Source: an uncultured Acidimicrobiia bacterium
Lineage (GTDB): Bacteria > Acidobacteriota > Terriglobia > Versatilivoradales > Versatilivoraceae
Direction of reading: 5' to 3'
DNA length: 64,000 bases
Assembly: GCA_963786955.1 (NCBI GenBank)
Contig: CAWBAT010000005.1
Span: 416,001-480,000, forward strand
Part shown: piece by piece, positions 1 to 9,701 of the stretch
Position numbering within the stretch: position 1 is the stretch's first letter
Layout: every line of letters begins with the position of its first letter
The notes under the pieces: model-generated
The model's input: only the letters and a program-made list of their open reading frames with translations
Told to the model about the DNA's origin: nothing
Databases searched by the model: none
Made by a program: the position numbers and the translations under genes

Positions 1-339
1 TTCCGCATCCGACGCCTGAATCGCCATAGCCCTCATTTATTAACACGCATGGTGCCCGAAAGTTGCGGAACTCAAGTGCCTTTCTGACCCTATTCCCAGA
101 TTGGCTCTTCAAATATTCTCTCTTATCGGAATTTTGCATTCAAGGTTCAATCTCGGGGCAATGCTCACATCTGCAATTCCTCGAATGCATGGGGAAAGAA
201 ATAAGGTGATGCTTTGGAAATGGATTTCCCTCTTTAGTCAATCTAACGAATGACCAATCTACCGCTTGATTTTAGCGGAGTCCAGCGGCTAAGGTGGCGG
301 CGAACCAGTAGAGACTTTCTTCCCAACGGTGAGACCTAA

Positions 340-2650
340 CTAAAACCTCATTTTTAATCCGATTTGAAGCATGAAAGGTGCGCCATTGTTGTCCACCGGA
401 GTGGCAGCAACCAGGAATTGGCGATTTAAAATGTTTTCAACAGAGGTGTAAAAGAGGACGGTACGATGAATGGGGCGCGAGAAATAGAGATCCACTACCG
501 AAAAGCTTCCTAACGGGTACTGGTTGAGATCATCATCGAATTGGTTTCCCACAAAACGATAAATTCCTAACAATTCAAAGGTTCGCGGATTTGAGTATCC
601 AAAGGAGGCCGTGACCCGATTCAAGGGAACCTGAGGGACGAACTTGGATTCCAAAGATGGATTCGGAGGAAAGTCACGAACTTTTGAATCGGTGTAGAGG
701 TAATAGACGCGGAAGGTCCAAAAGCGTTTGAAATAAGTCCGAAAGTCGGCTTCGGCCCCTTGGGCGCGAATCTCGCCCACATTTTGGCGCTGGCGGGTGA
801 TCAGGTTGGGTAGAGTCTGAATCGTAATGTTCGAGACAGCGTTATCGAGTTGATTCCAGAACCCCCCCACCCGAACGAAAGAATTGGCTGCAAGTCTCCA
901 ATTCAAGCTGCCTTCAAAACCTGTAAGCTTTTCTGGCCCCAAACCATCGTATGGGTTCGTGACGACATTCCCCACCCGAAATCCTCGATAGAGTTCATTG
1001 AGAGTAGGAGCGCGAAAGCTTTGATAAAAAGCCCCCTTCAGACTCAGTGATTCCTTGAGCTGATAGGAGACTCCCGCCCGTGGGACCACAGTGCCGCGCT
1101 GTTGGGATGCAAATGGAGTTTGGGTATGGAGACCGGTCTGAAAAGAAGTTGCCGTGCGCTCCGCATTGTAGTTTGTCCAGCCATCTAGCCGGGCACTAAG
1201 CTGAATCAGCAATCGACTACTCGGTGAGTACAAGTCCTGGAAAAAAAACCCACCCAGTTGTTGATTTCCGCCAGAAACCTGGAAACGGGTAGGATTATTC
1301 GCGAAGTAATTGACTTCTTCGCTGTTGCCGCGAACCAATAACCAGTCGACTCCGGCTGTGATCAGGTGGGTCGGCTTCAACAGCCCAGTCCATTGGACCG
1401 ATGTCCCGACACTTCGAGCCGGAACAACTTGATTCAAGGTGAGTGTTTCCTGCTGCCTGTCGGGCGAAATCGAGGTGAAGTTGCTTCGGAATGTTTCGAG
1501 CAACCCGTAAGCATGGACTTGTAATTCCTTATTATTTGAGGTTTCGTATCGATACCCCGCACGGGCAGAAGTAATCCAGGTGCGGTTTTTCTGCAATACG
1601 GTGCCATTATCACGGTACTCGGCAAATTGGGTAAAATTCAGTGAAACCGATTGGTGGACACTGGGATTATAGAATCCCCCGGCCCTCACAGCATAGTCGC
1701 ACCGAATTGGCGCGATCATCCACCGGTCCGCGGAATTCTTCAGGGACAATGTAATAGCCTTCGGTATTCAGAAAGCTGCCTGAAACATACCCGCTCCACG
1801 GTCCCTTGAGAAAACTTTCCTGGACGTTTGCGGCGGCCGTTCCTTGGGTGCCGCCCAGGATATCCAGACTCCAGCCGATTCTCCTCCGGCACCCGGGAGA
1901 AAATCTGAATCACTCCTCCCAAAGGAGAGCTTCCATATAGGCTTGATCCGCCCCCTGGAGCAACTTCAACCGTATCGAGAATATTCTTGTCCAATTGGCT
2001 CCAATAGATCCACCCGCCAAAAGGGTCATTGAGAGGGGTGCCATCCAATAAAACGAGGGTGCGGCTGACTCCGCTTGGCCCGATGCCGCGAAGGGAAACT
2101 CCCTGAGTCGTTGGATGCGCGACAAGGCTGCTGGATCGACGAAAAAGACTGAAGGAAGGAATTTGCCGTAACGTATCGTCCAGAGTGATCGCAGGCGAGC
2201 GTTGCAATGACGCGCTGTCCATCACTTCCACGTTAGAAGGGACCGACGCCAACGTCTGTTCGGTTCGCGTTGCCGTGACAGTCAGCGTTTCCTGAAGCGG
2301 GCGCGCATCTAAAGTGATCGAGATTTCAGCGAGCTGATCTTGCTTTCGATCACTAAGTTCCGATCCTTGTAGTCAGGATGTTTCACTAAGAGATGGATAG
2401 GTGCCTCAAGATTTGCCGGAATCAGGAATCCCCCATTCTCGCCTGTCTTTTCCCTAAGGAGGATTTTCCCGTTGGAGTCCGTGACCTGGACCGTGGCGCC
2501 TTCAATAGGATTTCCGATGATGTTCATCACGCTTCCTTCAATGGGGGTACGGAAGAAGGGATTTGGGCAACCGCCAAGACCGTGAAGCCGAACCCGTAAA
2601 TGCAAATCAAAATGAGAACGAATAGAGACGCAGGAAGTTTTGTGACAATT
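340..2650 (-). CDS. TonB-dependent receptor (frameshifted into about 4 ORF pieces)
   Basis: Signal-like hydrophobic stretch near 2560-2650, carboxypeptidase-reg-like N-domain (2309..2605), plug domain ([19 protein letters not shown], 1740..2252), beta-barrel ending in aromatic GLKMRF (340..1749). Start codon uncertain. Confidence 0.85.
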
Positions 2651-2651
2651 T

Positions 2652-2710
2652 CCCCCTCACCCCGAGTCCCTCTCCCCTGGGGAGAGGGTAGCCAAAGGCC
2701 GCGTGAGGGG
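2652..2710. repeat. CCCTCTCCC/GGGAGAGGG palindromic intergenic repeat
   Basis: CCCCTCAC...CCCTCTCCC CT GGGGAGAGGG...GTGAGGGG; a related copy lies at 15539-15605. Confidence 0.65.
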
Positions 2711-2797
2711 CAACGACTTGAGGGTGCCCCAAGGTGTAGCTTTACTTCCTGCGTTTGTAATGGTGCAAGACACTTGAGTCTTTCATGAAACTTTTCA

Positions 2798-3593
2798 TCA
2801 GCCCTCGGATAAGCTTCGATTTCCAAGCCTACCGGACAATGGTCAGAACCCATCACCTCCGGGGCGATCCATGCATTCTTGATTTTCGGAATCAGATCAT
2901 CGGTGGCGAAGAAATAATCGATTCTCCACCCCACATTGCGTTCTCGAGCACGGGTCATCATATCCCACCAGGTGTATTGATGCGGTTCGACATTAAAAGC
3001 CGAAAAGCGTCCACAAAACCCCTCCGAACAAGAGTATCGATCCATTCTCGTTCGATTTTCAAGAACCCTGAGATATTTTCATTTTCTTTTGGCCTGGCCA
3101 GATCAATCTCTTTGTGGGCGGTGTTGTAATCCCCGCAGATGAGCAATTTCTTACCCTTGTTTTCTCTGTTCTTCCCAATGGCTCAGGATCGTCTGATAGA
3201 AATCCATTTATAACTAAGTCTGACCTGGTCTCGTTTTCCGTTGGGGAAGTAGATGTTGTAGAGCGTGAAGGTTGGAAATTCCGTAACGAGAACCCTTCCT
3301 TCACAATCGAAATGCGGGACACCAAACCCATAACGGACGGAGAGAGGTTTTGTCCGGGTATAAGTGGCCACACCGCTATACCCTTTTCTCTCGGCAGAAA
3401 ACCAGTAACTCTGATAGTTGGGGATCTGCGTCAGTCGATCTTCCAGTTGCTCAAAATGCGCCTTCGTCTCCTGAAGGCATACAATATCGACGGACTGTTT
3501 CTCAAACCAATCGAGAAAACCCTTTTTCTGAATGGCACGAATCCCGTTTACGTTCCAAGAGAGGATTTTAATGGAAGGAGATTTTGTAGGCAT
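2798..3593 (-). CDS. xth: Exodeoxyribonuclease III (frameshifted; 3' end approximate)
   Basis: [37 protein letters not shown] and SDHCPV motifs spread over ORFs 3183..3593, 2958..3146 and 2527..3045. Confidence 0.92.
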
Positions 3594-3704
3594 AGTCTCC
3601 GTGTGCTCAAATAGACAGTCGTAATTGGGGATCGATCTTCAGCGAACAAGTCTTGGCTTCCTGCCCGCGGTGCCTGGTTCTAATAGGTATGAGATCACAA
3701 GCAA

Positions 3705-4662
3705 TTAAGATGAGGACCCGACGTCCACGCCAATCTTGTCTCCGAGTTCAAACAAGTAGACCCTTGCTTTGTCATATTCCTCGGCACTGGGCAGATGCTC
3801 CAGCATCAGCGGCGGGCGATGCGGCAAAGCCGCAAGCCGTTTCAAATAAGTGGGATAGTCAATCGATCCCATTCCGGGACGTACTTCCCGAAAATGGATA
3901 TTGTACTCCACTTCCCAGGAAAGATCTTTGGCATGACAACTGACAATCCAGGGACCGAGCTTGTCAAAGCATTCATTGAGAAGTTCCGTGTTCCGGTAGA
4001 AGCGCGTAGGACAATTTACGATATTACAAGGATCTAGATGCACACCGAACGCTTCCCGATCTACCGCTTTAAGTAATTTCAAAAAACTGTCAGGGGTGTC
4101 GGGAACTGTCCAGCCCATCATCTCGTAGCAGAATTTGGCCCGCTTCGGCTTTACCGCATCGATAATCTTTCGTGGCATTCTCAACCGCGGCATCGAAAAA
4201 GGGTTGCGACAAATTGTCCGGATGAGGCCCATACCAGACTTTTGTATTCAATGAACCTGCAATATCGACACAACACAAGGCCCCAACGCTCTCAGCGACC
4301 GCAAGCCCGTCGGTTACGAGTTCGAGGTTGGCTCGGCGTTTTTGGTGATCTGCGTCCATCAGATTGACCCACCTTCCTACTTCGGCGATCACAATTCCCT
4401 CTTTGACAAAAGCAGCCTCAATGTCGCGGAGACGTGCGGATTCGCTGGAGGAGACCTTAGGGCAATATGCGGCTCGATATCCAAGTTTCTTGTAGGCTCT
4501 GGCCAACTCTTCCGGATCCTCCGATTTAGAGAACAGGGGCCCTCCCAGCCGGATAGGATTTTCTGCGGACGGGGAAGCCAAAGTCCGTGCCATGCCGGCG
4601 TTTAGTCCGACGGAAATCGCTGCCCCCAGAGCAGTTTGACAAAATTCGCGCCGACGAATCAT
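3705..4662 (-). CDS. Sugar phosphate isomerase/epimerase (xylose-isomerase-like TIM barrel) with Tat signal; one frameshift
   Basis: MIRRREF Tat-like signal; YEMM, HLDPCN, SCHAKD and LMLEH motifs in ORFs 4090..4662 and 3705..4232. Confidence 0.8.
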
Positions 4663-4763
4663 GTTCCCTCCTAGAAATCATTAAACAAGGGAGGGATTCT
4701 AGCACAAGGGGGATGCGGGGGGCCTGAGGAGTCAATGAACGGTCAGGGGAATGGCCCTCAAGG

Positions 4764-4792
4764 TTTACTTTGAACAGCAATTTTGATATCGT
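4764..4792 (+). promoter_or_regulatory. Candidate sigma70 promoter of yebC-ruvC
   Basis: TTTACT-N17-TATCGT with an extended -10 TG; pattern match only. Confidence 0.3.
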
Positions 4793-4798
4793 GGAAAA

Positions 4799-4907
4799 CT
4801 AGCACTAAGTTGCACAAATCCGCGGTAATTGTTGTAGCCGGGGTCGTTGACCCCGGGCCATGAGCAGCGAGCCAACTACAACACGCGCTTCTACAACTTA
4901 GTACTAG
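4799..4907. mobile_element. MITE-like element with CTAG ends carrying a REP half-site
   Basis: Left end CTAGCACTAAGTTG and right end CAACTTAGTACTAG form a 14-bp inverted repeat with 1 mismatch. Internal TGTAGCCGGGGTCGTTGACCCCGG hairpin. The same left end recurs at 19664. Confidence 0.6.
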
Positions 4908-4926
4908 GCCAATAAGGAGACAGAGT

Positions 4927-5676
4927 ATGTCGGGACATTCAAAATGGCATAGTATTAAACACAAGAAAGGCGCGGCGGATGCCAAGCGCGGAAAGATATT
5001 TACCACCACCATCAAAGAGATCACGGTTGCGGCGCGAATAGGCGGGGGTGATCCAGATGGTAATCCTCGGCTGCGAACCGTCATTGATAAAGCTAAAGCC
5101 GTGAATATGCCTGCTGAAAACATCAAGAGGGCAATTCAGAAGGGAACCGGTGAGCTCCCCGGCCAAGCCTATGAAGATGCCACCTACGAGGGCTATGGAC
5201 CAAGCGGAGTCGCTGTTCTGGTTGAAGTCGTAACGGATAACAAGAATCGAACCGTGTCTGACATCCGCCATGTCTTTAGTAAACATGGTGGCAATTTAGG
5301 CCAAACGGGTTCTGTTTCCCATTTGTTTCAGAAAAAGGGCTTGATCGTTGTCGACAAGACCAAAGCAAGTGAAGAAGATCTCATGGCGGTTGTCTTGGAC
5401 GCAGGCGCCGAAGATCTTAAGGATGCAGGGGATTCCTTCGAAATTTTGACAGCCCCAAAGGATTTCGAGGCGGTGGCTGCCGCTTTGAAGGCAAATCACA
5501 CGGAAACGCTCTCGGCTGAACTCTCCATGATCCCCATCACTTCCATGCGGCTTGAAGGGAAAGCAGCTCAGCAAATATTAAAGCTCATGGAGGCATTGGA
5601 AGATCATGAAGATGTCCAGAAGGTCTTCGCCAACTTTGATATTGACGATGCAGAAATGGAAGCCGTCGCTTCCTGA
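4927..5676 (+). CDS. yebC: YebC/PmpR family protein
   Basis: [16 protein letters not shown]-terminus, [15 protein letters not shown]; adjacent to ruvC; AGGAG RBS. Confidence 0.97.
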   Translation: MSGHSKWHSIKHKKGAADAKRGKIFTTTIKEITVAARIGGGDPDGNPRLRTVIDKAKAVNMPAENIKRAIQKGTGELPGQAYEDATYEGYGPSGVAVLVEVVTDNKNRTVSDIRHVFSKHGGNLGQTGSVSHLFQKKGLIVVDKTKASEEDLMAVVLDAGAEDLKDAGDSFEILTAPKDFEAVAAALKANHTETLSAELSMIPITSMRLEGKAAQQILKLMEALEDHEDVQKVFANFDIDDAEMEAVAS

Positions 5677-5714
5677 ATTGAACAGTCCATCGGTATCTTT
5701 GCACTACTAAGAAA

Positions 5715-6252
5715 TTGGTGCATCCTTCCTCATTTACCAATCTTCGAGTACTCGGGATCGACTGCGGATCACAGACCACGGGCTATGGAATCGTGGAGAG
5801 TGACGGAGACAGGCATCAGCTTGTTTGCTCCGGTGTGATTCGGTTGCCGGCCAAGGAACCGTTCAGCAGGAAACTCCTCCGAATTCAGCAAGAAATAGAA
5901 AAATTGCTTGAGACCTACGGGCCGAGGTTCGCTCGCCGTCGAAGGCCAGTTCTACCTCACAAACTTCAAAAGTGTGTTGAAGCTGGGGCAAGTGAAAGGA
6001 GTCGTGCTCGTAACCGCGGCCAAAGGTGGAATACCGGTGTATGAATATAGTCCGCTCGAGATCAAGAACGCGGTGACGGGCTACGGCCGCGCAGATAAGA
6101 ACCAGGTGAGTCTCATGGTTAACCGGATTCTTCGCCTGGGAAACCTGTCCCAGCCTTTCGATGCATCAGATGCCTTGGCAGTTTCTATTTGTCATCTTCA
6201 TACCATAACCACTCGACAGAAAACGGAACTAGGGCGCTCCGTCAATGGTTAA
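5715..6252 (+). CDS. ruvC: Holliday junction resolvase RuvC (one frameshift near 5925)
   Basis: VLGIDCG...TGYG, AVE, KNAVTGYGRADKNQV, DASDALAV. Confidence 0.92.
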
Positions 6253-6964
6253 AAGACATTTCCACATTCAAACCCCTGCCTATCGAGCATGTCAGAGATC
6301 GCGTGTTCTCTCCTTTTTTCTAATCCTATTCTTTTCTTTATTTCACGGCATTTCGAAAAGTACTGCTGCGACCAATGAGGCCTTCCGCTGTTCTTGGAAG
6401 ATTGTTCAATCTAGAGGGGCTTATCCCTTTTCCAGTATCGAATTGGATCAATCAGGAAACGGCCAGTTCCGTTTTCAGAAACTGGAAAGTTCGGTCATCA
6501 CTGTGGACTTCCATTTAAACCGTCCAAAGGTAGTTTCGCTCTACAATCTCTTTATTGAGTCGAATTTCCTGAACGAGTCAAAGAATTTCACCAGCCCAAG
6601 AAAAGTCGCTGACTTGGGAATGAAGACAATTCGCTTTGAAACAGGCAAGCAAACGCGAGAAGTGACATTCAATTTTACAGAAGACAAAAATCTTAGGGAG
6701 ATCAACAACTTCTTCGAAAACTTGGATGAACAAGAAAAATTCTTGTTTGAGCTAGAACTGGCATTGAAGCACGACCGGCTAGGGATTCCCAAGAGATTGG
6801 ATTTCCTGGAACGAGAGTTCAAGGCCAACAGGATTGTCGCGCCGGAGAGGTTTAGGCCAATTCTTGAAAAGATTAGCGAAGATGATTCGTTGATTAACCT
6901 GGCCCGGAAGGAAGCGCGGAAACTACTCTACAAGTTATCGAAGTTACAACCTGATGATAGCTGA
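6245..6964 (+). CDS. Hypothetical exported protein
   Basis: 239-aa ORF overlapping the ruvC stop; N-terminal hydrophobic segment; no family recognised. Confidence 0.7.
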   Translation: MVKRHFHIQTPAYRACQRSRVLSFFLILFFSLFHGISKSTAATNEAFRCSWKIVQSRGAYPFSSIELDQSGNGQFRFQKLESSVITVDFHLNRPKVVSLYNLFIESNFLNESKNFTSPRKVADLGMKTIRFETGKQTREVTFNFTEDKNLREINNFFENLDEQEKFLFELELALKHDRLGIPKRLDFLEREFKANRIVAPERFRPILEKISEDDSLINLARKEARKLLYKLSKLQPDDS

Positions 6965-7080
6965 TTTTTCGATACCGAAAAGCATAATAAACCTCGCTTA
7001 ATCAAAGATTTATAAAATTTGTATTCTAAGAATCTTGGTCGAAAAACGGTCCTTTAGCCCGGTTTTCGCGCCACCAGCGC

Positions 7081-7133
7081 TGCATGAGGGAATGCGGCCT
7101 ACAACCGCTGTAGGCATGACGCATTCTCAATGC
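7081..7133. repeat. GTAG-type REP-like hairpin
   Basis: GAATGCG GCCTACA accgc TGTAGGC atga CGCATTC nested inverted repeat. Confidence 0.5.
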
Positions 7134-7341
7134 TTCATCCCAACCCGGCGAACTACATTCCTCAGAACATAGTGTGTCTGTTTTCCACCTGTGGCGAGAG
7201 ATTCGGGTTAGGCTGGAGTTTAGGCATCACGCCAACGAGGCGGTCGCGAACCCAATGGTTAAGGGGACAGCTGCAGGCGTCTGTTTCTCCATTCGGCCAA
7301 TGGTAGATCCTGGGTTATTGAAGTCAAATCACCCTTGCTCG

Positions 7342-7391
7342 GTCAATTAAAACTGGTAATTAATTGACATCCTATTCAGATGTTCTACCAT
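7342..7391 (+). promoter_or_regulatory. sigma70-like promoter overlapped by a 9-9-9 inverted repeat
   Basis: TTGACA (7364)-N16-TACCAT (7386); GTCAATTAA-N9-TTAATTGAC covers the -35. Confidence 0.5.
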
Positions 7392-7442
7392 CATTAATTA
7401 GTAGAGAAAATGTTAAGAATCCAGCCGGAAGGGGGTAAGACG

Positions 7443-9542
7443 ATGCACGCTAAGCTGCTTCCCGTAATCATTTTCTGTCTCCTCTTCGCCGGCGCGGCAG
7501 GCCTTGCTGAAGATCTTCCCCAAGCTCGAATTCTTCGTGCCAGTTTGGTCGAAGGAGACGTGACTTATCAACGCCCCGATCTCGATCGCTGGATCGACTT
7601 AAGTGTCAATACCCCCTTGCTTGAAGGGGACAAAGTCTGGGTAGGAAATAACGGGAGAACCGAAATTGAATTTGAAGATGGAACGTTCCTCCGCTTGAAC
7701 TCTGACAGCATTGTCGAATTATCCCACTGGGCTCCCGCAGTGGCTCGGAACAAATCGAGATGCAGTTCGTTCGCGGCATTGGTTCTTTTGAGATTCAGCC
7801 GTCAGGGATGATATTTGTCATTAACACCCCGCTGTTTTCCATGCGGGTCAAAGATGCCGCAAGCTTTCGCGTTGACCTCGAGGAAAACGGGACCGGACGC
7901 ATGGCGGTGTTCGATGGCAGCATCGAAGTAGCCGGGGATAAAGCGCACCTCTATGTCCGCAAAGGGGAAATCGTCCAATTCCAGAGTGAAGACCCGGACC
8001 GGTATTTTCTCTCTGCGGATTACCAGCAGGATGATTGGGATCGCTGGAACGAAGAACGGACTGCTTATATTGCGAAGCGACCGGATCGGTACCACGATGG
8101 TGACGTCGGATGGACAACGGCGGATATGGATGACGCAGGGAATTGGTACACCGATTCCGAATATGGAAGGGTCTGGAGTCCCGGTCTGGGTGCCGACTGG
8201 ACTCCTTACCGAAACGGACGCTGGGTTTGGTATGAAGATCTCGGCTGGACATGGGTTTCCTACGAATCTTGGGGGTGGATCCCTTACCACTATGGCCGCT
8301 GGACTTATTTAACATCCTATGGCTGGAGCTGGGTACCGGGGCAACCAAATGCTCCGTGGTGTCCGGGAGCCGTCAGTTGGATCGAAGGACCTAACTGGAT
8401 CGGCTGGGTGCCTTTGGCGCCTTCCGAACCCTGGTCCGCATATTCTTCAGGCAATGTCTTTATCTCGAAAAACTACCGGTATCGGCATGGGCGTACTTGC
8501 CTCCCGCGCGACTCCTTTTTAAATGGAACTCCTGTGGGGAATTTTGATCCTCCGGCAGATCCCTCCCACGCAGGAAGAGTCCTTTCAGGTCAACCCCGCT
8601 ATGCACCCACAACTGCTAGCAGACTGCCAGTGGTTACAGGCGCTTCGACTTCACCCTCACGGGTGTACAATAATGCAGACTTGGAGTCTCGGCGACTCAT
8701 GCGGGAACGGACTCTGAACCTTCAGGGTGCGACCTCCGGGGCTTCTGTCTCGTCAACTCCGACAAGAGGAGCTCCCGACTCCACTGCCGGCAATGCGGCA
8801 ACAACTCTCAGACAGGAACCTCGCCAAACTATTATCTTCAACCGCAAATTCCGGGGGCGGGACAATGTCTGTGCAAACCTCCGCCAATGGGGTTCGTACT
8901 TACATTATACGTGGAAGTTCTTCAGAAACGACGGCTCGAGAAGAGCAGGCACGGCAGAAACCCAAGATCGGCGAGACAATCCCTCAAACAGTTCCAACAC
9001 GTGATGCTGCGGCCGGACCGAGCCTCCCAAATAGTCGATTTGCCCAGACCCCTCAGGACGTTTCGACCCGTTCGCGCAATTCAGGTGCATCAACCAACGT
9101 CATAATTGTTGGCTCCGATCAACCTTCCGGGAGATCGAATGAAATGACGAACTCAGCTCAAGACCGATATCCTGCCCAGCCGAGAAGTCGTGAGGCAGCT
9201 TCCCCTCGCTATAATTTCTACACTCCTCCAGGGGCTCCAGCTCCTGCGGGTGCCCAAGCAGGGCCTTCCTATTCTGCGCCTCGAACGGAATCTGTGAGCC
9301 CAGCCCGTTCCCAGCCGGTTTCAAATTCCCCCTCGACATCCAGGCCACCCATTAATTCCACGGGCGGTACGGTTTATCGGTCTCCAACTGTTTCGACTCC
9401 AAGCCCACCCAGTTACCAAGCCACCTTCGAGTCAGCCAGCCACAAGCAGTAGTAATTCTCGTTCGGCTTCACCGGGGACGGCTCGACTGCTGCAGCGAAT
9501 GCGGATTCACGCGGAAGCAGCGGCACGAAATCAAGCCGATAA
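7443..9542 (+). CDS. Exported FecR-like / DUF6600-like (Trp-Gly-rich repeat) protein with a long Ser/Pro/Thr-rich tail; frameshifted
   Basis: Signal peptide; VNTPLLEGD...GRTEIEFEDGTFLRL FecR-like domain; WTPYRNGRWVW...WGWIPYHYGRW...WSWVPG repeats; ORF pieces 7410..7811, 7760..9004, 8727..9452. End inferred. Confidence 0.75.
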
Positions 9543-9609
9543 AAAAGATCGCCCCTTTGATCCATCCAAATTCTGTAGCCAAGCTCGATGTTGTACGCAG
9601 GATCGTCGT

Positions 9610-9664
9610 TGTGGCCGGCTTCGGTGAAGCCGGCCTCTGGCCGGGATCGGCGATCCCGGCTACA
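9610..9664 (+). repeat. REP-like double hairpin family A, variant GGATC/GATCC (left island boundary)
   Basis: TGTGGCCGGCTTC GGT GAAGCCGGC ctctg GCCGGGATC GGC GATCCCGGCTACA. Confidence 0.85.
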
Positions 9665-9701
9665 GCATTTCTCGGAGGTCCGCATTGTCGTTCTCTCCCA
9701 G

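Noticed and set aside
1-50. Start of a minus-strand gene running off the window (MRAMAIQASDAE)
   Set aside because: Too short to support a call.
2617-2646. Third copy of the ECF promoter (minus-strand GTCACAAAAC)
   Set aside because: No GACTCTT box at the 10-bp spacing, and it lies in probable signal-peptide coding sequence.
7140-7320. Riboswitch or sRNA in the long intergenic region
   Set aside because: Only short imperfect stems; no recognisable aptamer consensus.
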